NCBI GenBank assembly: GCA_964010795.1
Contig: CAXGMH010000002.1
Coordinates: 1-62,800, forward strand
DNA: 62,800 nucleotides
From: an uncultured Alphaproteobacteria bacterium
GTDB taxonomy: Bacteria > Pseudomonadota > Alphaproteobacteria > Micavibrionales > UBA9664
Direction: 5' to 3'
How positions within the stretch are numbered: position 1 is the first letter of the stretch; each line of letters opens with the position of its first letter. Positions 36,556 through 47,816 of the stretch are shown piece by piece. The translations under genes were made by a program, and so were the position numbers. Under the pieces are notes generated by a model, which saw only the letters and a list, made by a program, of their open reading frames with translations, was not told the DNA's origin and did not search any database.

Positions 36556-37214
36556 TCCCCTCTTAACGCGCGGATATTGTCAGCATAACGATCCGGCCCA
36601 CCCTTAAAGGTTGCTGTTCCCGCCACCAAAACATCAGCTCCGGCGGCAATAACCTCTTTGGCTGTTTCAGGATTAATTCCGCCATCAACCTGCAAATCAA
36701 TTGCACGGCCTGTTGCCTGTATGCGTGTACGCGCCTGTTCAATCTTATTCAAAACAGGAATGAAACTCTGTCCGCCAAAACCGGGGTTGACAGTCATAAT
36801 CAAAATCAAATCGACCAAATCCATGACATGATCGAGAACAGAAACAGGCGTTGCAGGGTTTAGTGCGACACCAGCCTTTTTACCGAGCCCGCGAATAGTC
36901 TGCAAAGAACGGTGCAGATGCGGGCCTGCCTCGGGATGAATCGTGATAATATCCGCCCCAGCCTTGGCAAAATCTTCTAAATAAGGATCGACTGGCGCTA
37001 TCATCAAATGGCAGTCAAAAACCTTGTCACTATGCGGGCGCAATGCTTTCACAACATTCGGGCCTATTGTCAAATTCGGCACAAAATGCCCGTCCATCAC
37101 GTCAATATGAATGTAATCCGCCCCAGCCACGTCAATAGCGCGTACTTCCTCGCCCAGTCTGGCGAAGTCTGCAGATAAAATAGAAGGTGCGATTTTGATA
37201 GAATTTTGACTCAT
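36552..37214 (-). CDS. rpe: Ribulose-phosphate 3-epimerase
   Basis: Contains [20 protein letters not shown] and [10 protein letters not shown] motifs. I trimmed the start to ATG 37214; the ORF extension overlaps rsmB. Confidence 0.93.
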   Translation of the reverse strand: MSQNSIKIAPSILSADFARLGEEVRAIDVAGADYIHIDVMDGHFVPNLTIGPNVVKALRPHSDKVFDCHLMIAPVDPYLEDFAKAGADIITIHPEAGPHLHRSLQTIRGLGKKAGVALNPATPVSVLDHVMDLVDLILIMTVNPGFGGQSFIPVLNKIEQARTRIQATGRAIDLQVDGGINPETAKEVIAAGADVLVAGTATFKGGPDRYADNIRALRGE

Positions 37215-37246
37215 ACTGAAACTGTAAAAGAGTCGTGCGACTTTTG

Positions 37247-38575
37247 CTAGTCCTGATGCACAAGTCTGGCAGCATAAAAACCGTCCATGCCCCCTTGCGC
37301 GCTCAGGTGATGGGGCAGACAACGCAGATCCCCTTTCTGGGAGATGAGTTGCTCAAAACCGTAAACATCTCCGGCCTCAAGTGGTATACGTTTAAAGCGA
37401 GGATTGGCCTTTAAGAACCGTTCGACCTGTGCTTCCCCTTCTTGTATCTGTAAAGAGCACGTCGCATAAACAGCCATTCCACCCTGCTTTAAAAGTTCAG
37501 GCAAACGGTCGAGCATCTTTTCCTGAAGCGCCACAAGCTTTTTCATGTCATTGCTTGTTTTAAGATGCATCAGCTCTGGGTGGCGACGAATCGTCCCCGT
37601 AGCCGAACATGGCGCATCCATCAAAACCGCATCATATTTTTGCCCGGATTTCGGCCGCCAATCCAGAGCATCCGCAATTTCAATCTTTGCCGAGAGCTTC
37701 GTGCGCTCGAGATTCTCCTTAAGCCTTTGCATTCTTTTGGCCGATCGGTCGAGAGCCGTCACCTGCGCACCAAACGCTGCAAGCTGCATTGTTTTCCCAC
37801 CCGGTGCGGCACACAAGTCAAGGACATCTTTGCCGTCTATATCACCGAGCAAACGCACAGGAATCTGGGCGGCAAAGTCCTGCACCCACCACGATCCGTC
37901 ACGATATCCCGCCAATTGCGAAATATCCCGCCCGCTATTGAGGCGCAAAGCGCCACCAGGCAAGATACGCGCATCCAATGTACCCGCCCAAAAAGACTGC
38001 TCTTTCTCATCGCGTAAGGACAGGTCAATTGACGCAGGCAAAAGGCAAGCCTTAGCCATAAGAGCTGCCTGCTCTTCACCATAGGCACTGACCCAACCCT
38101 GCCATATCCATGCCGGTAAATTCACAGAGGCAGGAAGAGCCTTGATTTTTTGCTCTAACATATGACGCTCACGCTCGACACGCCTTAAAACGGCGTTGAG
38201 CATATTCGCCTGTTTGGAAAATTTCATTGCGTGCGCCAGTTCAACAGTCTCATGCACCGCGGCGTGAGACGGCGTGCTCAGATATAAAAGCTGCACCACA
38301 CCAAGCCTTAGGATATGGGCCAATAAAGGAGGTTGCGGCATCTCGCCCTTTTGTAAAAGCGGGGCGGTCACGGCATCAATCTCGCCCATATGGCGCAGGG
38401 CGGTCGCGACAAGCATATGCGCAAAGCGCTTATTTTCTGTTGTCAAATTACGATAAGAGCCCTCAGAGAGCATCGCCTGATCGAGCATCTGGTTTTTATC
38501 CAAAACTGCCTCTAGCAGCCTCAGGGCAGCAAGGCGCGCATTCTGTTTCGGGCTTGTTTTCTCATTCATGCTCAT
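37247..38575 (-). CDS. rsmB: 16S rRNA (cytosine967-C5)-methyltransferase
   Basis: An N-terminal NusB-like domain plus the SAM-MTase motifs [24 protein letters not shown] and YATCS. The start is uncertain (TTG 38584, ATG 38575 or ATG 38569). Confidence 0.88.
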   Translation of the reverse strand: MSMNEKTSPKQNARLAALRLLEAVLDKNQMLDQAMLSEGSYRNLTTENKRFAHMLVATALRHMGEIDAVTAPLLQKGEMPQPPLLAHILRLGVVQLLYLSTPSHAAVHETVELAHAMKFSKQANMLNAVLRRVERERHMLEQKIKALPASVNLPAWIWQGWVSAYGEEQAALMAKACLLPASIDLSLRDEKEQSFWAGTLDARILPGGALRLNSGRDISQLAGYRDGSWWVQDFAAQIPVRLLGDIDGKDVLDLCAAPGGKTMQLAAFGAQVTALDRSAKRMQRLKENLERTKLSAKIEIADALDWRPKSGQKYDAVLMDAPCSATGTIRRHPELMHLKTSNDMKKLVALQEKMLDRLPELLKQGGMAVYATCSLQIQEGEAQVERFLKANPRFKRIPLEAGDVYGFEQLISQKGDLRCLPHHLSAQGGMDGFYAARLVHQD

Positions 38576-38614
38576 AACAGCCAAGATAAAGCGTTTTCAC
38601 GCAGTTGCAAAAGC

Positions 38615-39451
38615 TTATTTCGCCATTTCCTGTAATCGGCGAATACGCTCTTGTGTCGATGGGTGCGTAGAGAACAACCCATCAATCGCATGAACGTGCA
38701 AAGGGTTAATGATAAACATATGCGCCGTAGCTGGATTGGCCTCGGCTGCATGATTATCAATCACCTTTGTCCCCTCACTGATACGCTCCAAAGCAGAAGC
38801 AAGCCACAACGGACGACCACAGATCTCAGCACCAATTCGGTCCGCCTCATATTCTCGTGCGCGGCTGATCGCCATTTGCACGACACTCGCCGCAAGCGGT
38901 GCAAGAATAGAAAGCAGCAAGACCCCGACAAAGCCCATAGGCGCATTGCGGTTACCTCCGAACCAAAGTGCGAAATTAGCCAGCATAGATATCGCTCCTG
39001 CCATAGTTGCGGTGATCGTCATAATAAGGGTGTCACGGTTTTTCACATGAGCCAGCTCATGCGCCATAACAGCCGCGACCTCTTGAGCACTCAAACGCTC
39101 CAGCAAGCCTGTTGTAGCTGCAACGGCCGCATTTTCGGGATTGCGCCCTGTTGCAAAAGCATTGGGTTGAGGATTGGGAATGATATAAACGCGCAGCATC
39201 GGCAGGGCTGCATTTTCTGCCATTTGCCCAACCATATTATAAAGGTCAGGCGCGGTCTCGGCAGTGACCTCCTCAGCGTTATAATGGCGCAAGACGAATT
39301 GATCCGAATTCCAATAAGCCCATAAATTCATCGCAGCCGCCATGCAAAACGCAATCGCCGTACCGCCAATCCCGCCAAGCATAAAACCGATCCCCATAAA
39401 CAAAGCGGTCAGTCCCGCCATCAGCAATGTTGTTCTCAAATACCCGTTCAT
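38615..39451 (-). CDS. htpX: Zinc metalloprotease HtpX
   Basis: HELAHV (HExxH), 4 TM helices, and a downstream EYEAD motif. Confidence 0.9.
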   Translation of the reverse strand: MNGYLRTTLLMAGLTALFMGIGFMLGGIGGTAIAFCMAAAMNLWAYWNSDQFVLRHYNAEEVTAETAPDLYNMVGQMAENAALPMLRVYIIPNPQPNAFATGRNPENAAVAATTGLLERLSAQEVAAVMAHELAHVKNRDTLIMTITATMAGAISMLANFALWFGGNRNAPMGFVGVLLLSILAPLAASVVQMAISRAREYEADRIGAEICGRPLWLASALERISEGTKVIDNHAAEANPATAHMFIINPLHVHAIDGLFSTHPSTQERIRRLQEMAK

Positions 39452-39525
39452 TTTGATGACCCTTAATTATCGTGAAAGCAATTCGGGGCTTCCCAGCTGG
39501 GTCGCCCTCGCCTATATTATATGTT

Positions 39526-39714
39526 ATGAGCGATGATAAAAAACAAGAGACATCAAATGACGGCGTCAAAGGCGTTTTAAAGCCTGTGTCAAAGATAGAT
39601 TATGACGGCCATAAACCACAGAAAGACTGGCCTGAGGAGATTGGCGGCGTTGACGGCCCCGAACCGACGCGCTTTGGCGATTGGGAAAAAGACGGGCGCT
39701 GTAGCGACTTCTAG
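39526..39714 (+). CDS. DUF1674 (SDHAF4-like) small protein
   Basis: The C-terminus EIGGVDGPEPTRFGDWEKDGRCSDF is the DUF1674 signature. I trimmed the start to ATG 39526. Confidence 0.7.
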   Translation: MSDDKKQETSNDGVKGVLKPVSKIDYDGHKPQKDWPEEIGGVDGPEPTRFGDWEKDGRCSDF

Positions 39715-39737
39715 ACCTGCCCCTTAAGAACCATGAG

Positions 39738-40982
39738 CTATGTGCTCTCTTCTTCCAAAATCTGTTGCAGGGCGACCTGCGTAGGGCGCAAAGGTACCGT
39801 GCTGTATTCTCCTTGGTCGTCCAGAGGGACAGACGGACTTGTGATAATACGGTAAAGGCCAAATACAGCCATAATCAGAAGAACAAGGCCAATAGCAGGA
39901 AAGAACGCGACTTCGCCAAACACACCCATAAACACAGCCGCGTAAAGCGGACCGAAACACGCACCGATACCGTTAATCAGTATCATGCCTGAACTGGCTG
40001 GCAAAATCTGGCGCGGCGTTAAGTGGTCATTAGCGTGTGCGACACTAAGCGGGTAAATTGAGAAAACAAATCCGCCCAGTACAAATACCAGCGTCAAGAA
40101 AACGATATTGATACCCGGCTCGACAACCAAAAAGCCTGAGCTGACAAAAAACACACACAAACAGGCGGCGACAATGACATGACGGCGGTCCAGATAGTCA
40201 GAGACAAAGCCAAGCATAATAGGAATAGCCGCGCCACCGGCAATCAATAGCGCCATAATGATCGATATCTCGGCCACATTAAACCCAGACTGGCTTGCGT
40301 AAACAGCCCCCATAGCCAGCAACGTTCCCGCACCGATACCGGAGAAAAGCGTTCCGACAACACCCAATGGCGATATCGAGAATAACTTTTTGAAAGGCAA
40401 TGGCTCTGCCTCTTCAATTTCAGGGCCGCTTTGCCGTGAAAGGGCCACAGGCAGTAAAGCAACAGAGACCAGAATTGAGGTCAGGGCAAAAAGTGATATA
40501 CCACTCGGCGAAGCGATATTCAGCATAAATTGTCCCATAACCATCCCGCCATAAGTCAGGAATGTATAAAACGACATAATCATGCCGCGCGCGCTGTTAT
40601 TGGCCGATTTGTTCAGCCAGCTTTCGACAACAATAAAAAGTCCCGCATAACAAAAACCCGATGTGATACGGATAAACGCCCATAAAACGGGTTGGAGAAA
40701 CAAGCCGTGCAAAAGGATAGTTGTCGAGGCCAAAGAGGCGAGTGCCGCAAACACGCGTATGTGCCCGACACTGGATATCAGCCCCGGCGCGTACATAAAC
40801 CCGCCGAGAAACCCGACATAATAACAGGACATCAAAACACCCGTGACCCATGTGTCGAAATTCTCGATATCCGCTCTAAGGCCAAGCAGTGTTCCCTGCA
40901 AACCATTGCCGATCATCAAAACCAGAATCCCGAAAAACAGCGGCCAATTTGATCTTAAAATGTCACGGATCATATCCCGCAC
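39738..40982 (-). CDS. MFS transporter
   Basis: 414 aa with about 12 TM helices and two-fold internal symmetry. Confidence 0.8.
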   Translation of the reverse strand: MRDMIRDILRSNWPLFFGILVLMIGNGLQGTLLGLRADIENFDTWVTGVLMSCYYVGFLGGFMYAPGLISSVGHIRVFAALASLASTTILLHGLFLQPVLWAFIRITSGFCYAGLFIVVESWLNKSANNSARGMIMSFYTFLTYGGMVMGQFMLNIASPSGISLFALTSILVSVALLPVALSRQSGPEIEEAEPLPFKKLFSISPLGVVGTLFSGIGAGTLLAMGAVYASQSGFNVAEISIIMALLIAGGAAIPIMLGFVSDYLDRRHVIVAACLCVFFVSSGFLVVEPGINIVFLTLVFVLGGFVFSIYPLSVAHANDHLTPRQILPASSGMILINGIGACFGPLYAAVFMGVFGEVAFFPAIGLVLLIMAVFGLYRIITSPSVPLDDQGEYSTVPLRPTQVALQQILEEEST

Positions 40983-41013
40983 TCCATCTGTTCAGTTTTT
41001 CAAGGCTCTGGTT

Positions 41014-41823
41014 TTAGCCAAAATCAAAATCAATAATAACCGGAACATGGTCCGATGGTTTTTCCTTACCGCGCCATTGTTCAGGCGTGTGATGCGCCTT
41101 CAAGAAAGGCTTGAGCACCGGCGTTACCCATAAATGGTCCAAACGACGGCCACGATTCGAAGCCTGCCAGTCGCGCGAACGGTAAGACCACCAGCTATAT
41201 AATTTTTCATCTGCATCGACAAATTCTCTTGCCGTATCGACCCAGCCCATACTCGCCTGCATTTCTGCCAGATGCTCAACCTCGATTGGCGTATGCGAGA
41301 CAACCTTCAAAAGCTGTTTATGTGACCAGACATCCTGTTCTTGTGGAGCGATATTAAAATCACCCAAGGCAATAACGGCGTCATCGGCATTATATTCCGA
41401 AGGAAAGAAATCCGTCAGCTCTTTTACAAAATCGAGCTTATGGCCGAATTTCGGATTAATCTCCCGATCAGGCTCATCGCCTCCCGCAGGAATATACAAC
41501 CCATGTATATCAATGGATCGGTCATATCCCGCGACGTTCAGTCTGACTGAAATATGGCGGGAATCATCCTTGCCGCAACGATTATGAACGCGCACATCGT
41601 CAAAGGGAAGTTTCGACAAAATGGCCACACCATTATAACCGGGCATACCGTTGAAATGGATATGCTCATACCCTGCCTTGCGAAAATCCTTAGTGGGAAA
41701 TTGCGCATCCGGCGTTTTGGTTTCCTGCAAACACAATATCTCAGGCTGAAATTCATTCAGCATTTCAAGAACCAGTTTTTCGCGCAGGCGAACCGAATTA
41801 ATATTCCATGTTGCTACTCTCAT
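41014..41823 (-). CDS. xthA: Exodeoxyribonuclease III
   Basis: Contains MRVATWNINSVR, LCLQETK, GDFNIAP and SDHVPV motifs. I trimmed the start to ATG 41823. Confidence 0.9.
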   Translation of the reverse strand: MRVATWNINSVRLREKLVLEMLNEFQPEILCLQETKTPDAQFPTKDFRKAGYEHIHFNGMPGYNGVAILSKLPFDDVRVHNRCGKDDSRHISVRLNVAGYDRSIDIHGLYIPAGGDEPDREINPKFGHKLDFVKELTDFFPSEYNADDAVIALGDFNIAPQEQDVWSHKQLLKVVSHTPIEVEHLAEMQASMGWVDTAREFVDADEKLYSWWSYRSRDWQASNRGRRLDHLWVTPVLKPFLKAHHTPEQWRGKEKPSDHVPVIIDFDFG

Positions 41824-41938
41824 GAGGTTTGAGCCTAACCAAAACGCGCGTCCACTCAACCTCTTTTTTAAAAAATATATAATAACTCATCGACGTTGCT
41901 CTCTGGACGTTTCGTAATGAAACGGGTAAACAGACGTT

Positions 41939-42970
41939 ATGGAACAATTTGCATCACTCGATATTTTATTTTTGGCGCTCAGTGCGATCGGCTTTGGTAT
42001 ATGGCTTTTAATCCGTGGCGGTGACGCCACTGTTGATGCCGCCACGGCCATTGCGACAAAGCTGCATATCCCAACCTTGGTCATCGGTTTTACAATTGTC
42101 GCCTTCGGCACGTCTTTGCCGGAACTGATCGTCTCCATTAATGCAAATTTCAAGGATTCTCCTGGTATCGCCTTTGGAAATGTCATCGGCTCAAACATTG
42201 CCAATATTCTGCTGGTTATCGGCGCCGCAGCGGCGCTATCCCCTGTTATTGTCAACCGCAAGGATATTAAACTCGACACATTAAAGATGGTTCTTGTCTC
42301 CGTGTTTTTATCGGCATTACTGCTCAGCGGGATAGGCATTCCGGCCTTTGTCGGGTTGATAATGGTTCTCGCCCTCATCGGATATGTCGGCTTTCAGTAT
42401 TGGTCTTCCAGAAAATCACTTACTCCAAGTTCAACTGCAACTACAACCGCCACGCCTGCATCTGATATCTCTACAGAGACAGGATCAAATGATGAGGCTC
42501 AACAACCGCTTTGGCGATGCGTTTCAACCCTCTTATTCGGCCTGTTCGCCGTAGCCATTGGTGCGGACATCCTTGTCCGTGGCGCAATTGTCGCCTCATC
42601 CATCATCGGCATTCCAGAGGCCGTTGTCGGCCTGAGTGTTATCGCCTTTGGTACATCCTTGCCCGAACTGGCCACCTCTGTTGCTGCTGCGATGAAGAAA
42701 CAAGCAGGCATCGTCGTCGGCAATATTCTCGGCTCCAATGTCTTTAACATTCTTTTGATCTTAGGCGTAATGTCCATACTCAAACCTATTCCCGCAGATG
42801 CCATCAACCCACAGCTTATCAGCTTCGATATCTGGGTGATGGTCGGCGTTGCGATCCTTTTTGCGCTTGTATTACTGTTGCGCGGAAAGCTTGGGCGTAT
42901 GACAGGTATTTTCATGATTGCCGGTTATACAGCCTATATCGTCGCGTTATCTTATATTTACACAATCTAG
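41939..42970 (+). CDS. Ca2+/Na+ antiporter (CaCA, YrbG-like)
   Basis: Two alpha-repeats are present: GTSLPELIVS...GNVIGSNIANILL and GTSLPELATS...GNILGSNVFNILL. Confidence 0.88.
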   Translation: MEQFASLDILFLALSAIGFGIWLLIRGGDATVDAATAIATKLHIPTLVIGFTIVAFGTSLPELIVSINANFKDSPGIAFGNVIGSNIANILLVIGAAAALSPVIVNRKDIKLDTLKMVLVSVFLSALLLSGIGIPAFVGLIMVLALIGYVGFQYWSSRKSLTPSSTATTTATPASDISTETGSNDEAQQPLWRCVSTLLFGLFAVAIGADILVRGAIVASSIIGIPEAVVGLSVIAFGTSLPELATSVAAAMKKQAGIVVGNILGSNVFNILLILGVMSILKPIPADAINPQLISFDIWVMVGVAILFALVLLLRGKLGRMTGIFMIAGYTAYIVALSYIYTI

Positions 42971-42992
42971 ACAATCGCTTACCCTGAGATTT

Positions 42993-43577
42993 ATGAGCAT
43001 ATCCTTACAAGACAAAGACACATTGAATCTGAGCGAAAACACACCTGGTCTACGCAAAGTTATTGTCGGCGCAGGGTGGGATCTTGACCAACTCGAGGGA
43101 CGACAGCCAATGGATGTCGACCTAACCTGCTTTTTACTCGATGTGAATGAACAGACACGCGAAGACGAAGACTTTGTCTTTTATAACAATCTCGAAGCCG
43201 CAGAAGGGGCTGTCGTGCATAAAGGCGATAATCGCACAGGTAGTGGCGAAGGAGATGACGAAATCATCTTTATCGATCTTGCCGCCACACCGATGAATGT
43301 CGCCAGGATCACATTTGTCGCGTCGATTTATGAAGGGCCTGAGAACGGCTATGAATTCTCACAAGTCAAAAATGCCTATATCCGCATCTATGACGAAGAC
43401 ACAAAGGCGGAACTGGCGCGCTATAACCTCAGCCGTGACTTCCCAGGCGAACAAGCCATCATATTCGGAAGCCTTATCCGTATGGGCGATAAATGGGAGT
43501 TTGAAACGCTGGGCGAGCCAGCCTCCGGCGGCCTATCGGCAATTGCCAAGCAATACGGCCTTATGATTGCGGAATAA
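42993..43577 (+). CDS. TerD family protein
   Basis: Contains GAGWD, DVDLTCFLLD and GDNRTGSGEGDDEIIFIDL, the canonical TerD Ca-binding motifs. I trimmed the start to ATG 42993. Confidence 0.85.
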   Translation: MSISLQDKDTLNLSENTPGLRKVIVGAGWDLDQLEGRQPMDVDLTCFLLDVNEQTREDEDFVFYNNLEAAEGAVVHKGDNRTGSGEGDDEIIFIDLAATPMNVARITFVASIYEGPENGYEFSQVKNAYIRIYDEDTKAELARYNLSRDFPGEQAIIFGSLIRMGDKWEFETLGEPASGGLSAIAKQYGLMIAE

Positions 43578-43621
43578 ACAAATAGCCCTTATAAACCGAG
43601 TATATCTCCTTCAAAAGAAAA

Positions 43622-43643
43622 GCCGCGCCCAACAAGACGCGGC
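43622..43643. terminator. Hairpin between convergent genes
   Basis: GCCGCG CCCAACAAGA CGCGGC, flanked by an A-rich sequence upstream. There is no clean T-run. Confidence 0.35.
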
Positions 43644-43682
43644 CTTAATAACTACATCTGTTTTATAAAAGCCTTAACGAGC

Positions 43683-44642
43683 CTAGCGCCCCTCGACACT
43701 GCGCAAATATCTCAAGAACGCACTGTCAGGCGACAGGATCAACTGAGTACCTTCCTCACCAAAACTGTTCTCATACGCTTCCATAGAGCGCAAGAAGCTA
43801 TAAAAGTCAGGGTCTTTATTATAGGCATCCGTATAGGTTTTAATCGCTGTTCGGTCACCCTCACCACGAATGATCTGAGCCTTTTTGTTGGCTTCAGCCA
43901 AAATAATGGTTCTCTCTTTTTCCGCCTTGGAGCGAATCTCGAGCGCAAGCTCGCGACCCTTGGCACGTGTTTCTGTAGCACGCTCGCGGCGCTCGGTAAT
44001 CATACGGTTAACCGTAGAGGTGCGCAGCTTGTCCGTCAGGTCGGCACGGACGATACGGATATCAACAATCTCGACACCAAAGCCACCATCTTGAAGCGCG
44101 GCATTCACCGTCTCGCGGATCTCATTCATAATCTCGGAGCGTTTTTCGGACAAAATTTCACGCAAGGTTGTCTGCCCCAATACGTTTCTTGTCGCATTGC
44201 TCATAATGCCACCAATACGCGTCGTTGCTGTATCTACGGTCTGAAGCGTCTTAAGAAACGCCAGAGGGTCAGTAATACGGTAACGTGCGAAACTATCGAC
44301 TAAAATCGGCTCACCACTGACTTCAGCGCCAAGGTCAGCAGCCTCTTCACCATCTGCCGCATTACGCAGTACTGAACCGCGGTCATCCGAAGAGATATTC
44401 ATACGCTCGGGCGCGGGATCAACGGAAAGGATACGACTATCGAAATAGCGAACCTGTTGAATGAATGGCAATTTAAAATGAAGGCCGGGCGTTTTAATAA
44501 GGTTTTCACCCTCTGTACCGATAGGCTGACCGAATTGCAGGACAATCGCCTGCTCGGTTTCATCAACCGTATACAAAGACTGGGACATAAAAATCATTCC
44601 GGCTGCGAGTACGAAAACAAATCCAACGAGTATTTTTTGCAT
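43683..44642 (-). CDS. hflC: Protease modulator HflC
   Basis: A SPFH/band-7 domain with an N-terminal TM helix, immediately downstream of hflK. Confidence 0.9.
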   Translation of the reverse strand: MQKILVGFVFVLAAGMIFMSQSLYTVDETEQAIVLQFGQPIGTEGENLIKTPGLHFKLPFIQQVRYFDSRILSVDPAPERMNISSDDRGSVLRNAADGEEAADLGAEVSGEPILVDSFARYRITDPLAFLKTLQTVDTATTRIGGIMSNATRNVLGQTTLREILSEKRSEIMNEIRETVNAALQDGGFGVEIVDIRIVRADLTDKLRTSTVNRMITERRERATETRAKGRELALEIRSKAEKERTIILAEANKKAQIIRGEGDRTAIKTYTDAYNKDPDFYSFLRSMEAYENSFGEEGTQLILSPDSAFLRYLRSVEGR

Positions 44643-44662
44643 AATATCTATCCTTATCGCTC

Positions 44663-45790
44663 TTACTGCGTATTGCCTGATTTACGGTTGATCTCATTGA
44701 GCGGCAGATAGGGGACAACGCCCGAGCTACCCTCTTCTTGATCGATGATAATTTTCTGTGCACGGCTCATAATCTTTTCCATCGTCTCAAGATATAAACG
44801 CTCCCGCGTGACGTTCTTACCACTCACATAGGCTGCGTAGATCTCGTTAAAGCGCTGGGCATCACCCGATGCACGCGCGACACGTGACTCACGGTAAGCT
44901 TCTGCTTCTTGTACCAGCTGAATCGCCTCACCTCGTGCTTTTGGAATAATGTCATTGGCATAGATCGTCGCCTCATTCTGGAACGTCTCCGCATCTTGCA
45001 AAGCAGCAACGACATCTTCGAAAGCAGGGATCACATCCGGATGAACCGTTGCGTCCTGAATAAGAACCTGAACAATGTTAACACCCGCTTTATATTGATC
45101 GAGATTATCCTGCATGATCTGTTTCACGCGTTGAGACACAGCATCACGGCCCGTTGTGATAATGCGCTGAAGCTGAGTCTGGCCGACCACTTCACGGATC
45201 GCACTTTCAGCGACTTTTTTGATTGTGCTTTCTACGTCACGAATTTGGAACAGGAAGTCTTCGGCAGCACTGATATTCCACTGTACCTCTAAATCCAGAT
45301 CAACAATATTGGCATCACTGGTCAGCATTAAGCTCTCATCCGCTACATCGCGAATAGCACTTCCGCCACGGCGTGTATTAACCTCACGGTAACCGATCTC
45401 GAGCTTGCGAATGTTATTGACGTTAATCACTGTGACCGTCTCAATCGGAGAAGGCAGGTGATAGCCCATACCCTCTGTGACTTTCGTACGGTTCCAATCC
45501 CCAAAGCGCTGGACAACGCCGCGCTCACCGGGCTGGACAAAATATATACCGCTGGCAAACCACAAGCCGATAATTACAATAATAATCAACGGGATAAAAT
45601 TACTCTGGCCGCCCATGCCTCCGCCAAATTGTTCTCTTGCCTGTCTAAGCAGCTCATCAAGATCAGGCTGCTCAGGACCATTTGATCCGCCACGCCCGTT
45701 CGAGCCGGAACCCTTACGACCGCCACCGCGGTTTTGATTGCCGGGTTGTCCCCATGGATTATGCTTATCGCTCAAATGTAACCAGCCCAT
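44663..45790 (-). CDS. hflK: Protease modulator HflK
   Basis: A Gly/Arg-rich N-terminus (NPWGQPGNQNRGGG), a TM helix and an SPFH domain. Confidence 0.9.
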   Translation of the reverse strand: MGWLHLSDKHNPWGQPGNQNRGGGRKGSGSNGRGGSNGPEQPDLDELLRQAREQFGGGMGGQSNFIPLIIIVIIGLWFASGIYFVQPGERGVVQRFGDWNRTKVTEGMGYHLPSPIETVTVINVNNIRKLEIGYREVNTRRGGSAIRDVADESLMLTSDANIVDLDLEVQWNISAAEDFLFQIRDVESTIKKVAESAIREVVGQTQLQRIITTGRDAVSQRVKQIMQDNLDQYKAGVNIVQVLIQDATVHPDVIPAFEDVVAALQDAETFQNEATIYANDIIPKARGEAIQLVQEAEAYRESRVARASGDAQRFNEIYAAYVSGKNVTRERLYLETMEKIMSRAQKIIIDQEEGSSGVVPYLPLNEINRKSGNTQ

Positions 45791-45914
45791 CTTTTATCCT
45801 GCTCCTTATGTGCTAATAAAGATATTTGCCCTGACATAATTTTTACGCTATGTCCTAACGCATACAAACATACGATTTTGTGAATAAATGGCAAGCCTAA
45901 TCGGATAAGAGACA

Positions 45915-46982
45915 ATGGAAATTGATCGCAGTATTTTCAAAAACATTAAGGATATGAACAGTCAGCCCCTTGATACAAGCCCTTTGATACAATCTGCCTT
46001 TATCGAAGGCAACAGCGCAATTGTTGTGATCGAGATCGATCCTGCCAAAGCAGGCGAGGCCGAACAGATGCGCCAATCCGTGGAAGCTACCCTGAAAGAA
46101 CATTATACAGGCAAAGACGTGCGCGCCATTTTAAGTGCCAGCAAAAGCGCACCTGAATTTAAAACCAACGAGAAAAAAATGGCGCGCCCGCCAGTGCGTG
46201 AAAATCTAAAACCGCCACAAATAAAACAAATTATTGCCGTAGCAAGTGGCAAGGGCGGTGTCGGTAAATCGACTATCGCTGTTAATCTAGCTTCGGCCTT
46301 GCAACGATCCGGCTTGCGTGTCGGCCTTATGGACGCAGATATCTACGGGCCCTCTATTCCCCATGCTTTTGGCCTGAGCGGCCATCGCGCAACCATGAAA
46401 GACGGCAAGGTTGTGCCACCTGTAACGTCTGAAGGTCTGGCCTTAATGTCGATCGGCTTTCTGGTTGATGCCACACAACCGATGATCTGGCGCGGGCCGA
46501 TGATCCAAAGCGCTATTCGTCAATTCTTACAAGATGTAGCTTGGCCGGCTCTGGATATATTGGTGGTTGATATGCCACCCGGCACAGGGGATGCACAGCT
46601 GACAATGGCTCAAAAAGTACCGATGAGCGGGGCTGTCGTCGTCTCCACCCCTCAGGATCTCGCGCTCATTGATGCGCGCAAAGGCATAGAAATGTTTACA
46701 CAAGTAAATGTCCCGATCCTCGGCTTGATCGAAAATATGAGCGGACATCAATGTTCTGCCTGTGGACATACGGATCATATTTTCGGACACGGCTCACTGC
46801 AAAGCGAGGCGGAAAAATATAACGCGCCGTTCCTTGGTGCTATTCCACTGACACTCTCTTTGCGTTCAAGTATGGACGACGCCCGCCCGCTAGATCATGA
46901 CTGCACCGCTTTCTTTGATACCATCGCCCAGCGTCTCAAAGACACATTATCGGCCACAGACAACACCGAGGCCAGAGCATGA
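45915..46982 (+). CDS. apbC: Mrp/NBP35 (ApbC) iron-sulfur cluster carrier ATPase
   Basis: Contains the deviant Walker A SGKGGVGKST and a CSACGH CxxC motif. Confidence 0.9.
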   Translation: MEIDRSIFKNIKDMNSQPLDTSPLIQSAFIEGNSAIVVIEIDPAKAGEAEQMRQSVEATLKEHYTGKDVRAILSASKSAPEFKTNEKKMARPPVRENLKPPQIKQIIAVASGKGGVGKSTIAVNLASALQRSGLRVGLMDADIYGPSIPHAFGLSGHRATMKDGKVVPPVTSEGLALMSIGFLVDATQPMIWRGPMIQSAIRQFLQDVAWPALDILVVDMPPGTGDAQLTMAQKVPMSGAVVVSTPQDLALIDARKGIEMFTQVNVPILGLIENMSGHQCSACGHTDHIFGHGSLQSEAEKYNAPFLGAIPLTLSLRSSMDDARPLDHDCTAFFDTIAQRLKDTLSATDNTEARA

Positions 46983-47755
46983 GCATACAGCGCTGGAAAC
47001 TTATCATTGAATATGACGGGCAAGGCTATTCCGGCTGGCAAAGACAGGAAGATGGCACACGTACAATTCAATCGAAGATTGAAGAGGCTTTCTTTAAATT
47101 TTGCCAAAAGGATGTACGTTTGCACGTAGCAGGGCGAACAGATGCAGGCGTACACGCTATGGGGCAAATCGCGCATTGCGATCTTGATTATGGAGACCGT
47201 CCCTTAAGCGGCATTGACCTTGCCAAAGCACTTAACGCTCATCTAAGACCCGCACCGATCGCAATCTTGAACGCAGAACCTGTGGATCAGGAGTTTCATG
47301 CCCGCTTTTCCGCAAAGAACAAGCTTTATCGCTACCGTTTTTTATGTCGAACAGCACCACCTGCGATTGAAGCAAACCGTTTTTGGCACGTCAAAGGGTC
47401 GCTTGATATCGCCTCCATGCAAGAGGGCGCTAAACACCTTCTTGGCGAGCACGACTTCACCTCATTCCGTGATAGCCAGTGTCAGGCAAAATCCCCGATT
47501 AAAACGCTGGATCGCCTCGATATCACCTCTATTACCTATGACACTCAAGGCGGTATCGAAGTGAGGATGGAGGCCGAAGGCCGATCATTCCTTCACCATC
47601 AAGTACGTAACATTGCCGGTACATTAAAATTGGTCGGCGAAGGAAAATGGAAACCCGAAGACGTTAAGCAAGCACTCGATGCACGCGATAGAAAAAAGGC
47701 CGGCCCAACCGCCCCCGCACAAGGCTTGGTGCTGGTCAAAATTGACTACACCTAA
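46979..47755 (+). CDS. truA: tRNA pseudouridine(38-40) synthase
   Basis: Contains GWQRQ, the catalytic Asp motif AGRTDAGVHA, and FLHHQVRN. Confidence 0.92.
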   Translation: MSIQRWKLIIEYDGQGYSGWQRQEDGTRTIQSKIEEAFFKFCQKDVRLHVAGRTDAGVHAMGQIAHCDLDYGDRPLSGIDLAKALNAHLRPAPIAILNAEPVDQEFHARFSAKNKLYRYRFLCRTAPPAIEANRFWHVKGSLDIASMQEGAKHLLGEHDFTSFRDSQCQAKSPIKTLDRLDITSITYDTQGGIEVRMEAEGRSFLHHQVRNIAGTLKLVGEGKWKPEDVKQALDARDRKKAGPTAPAQGLVLVKIDYT

Positions 47756-47816
47756 ATTCCATATTTACATACCATCCCGCTTGTTTTATTACATTATTAG
47801 GAAAAGGGAGATCGCT

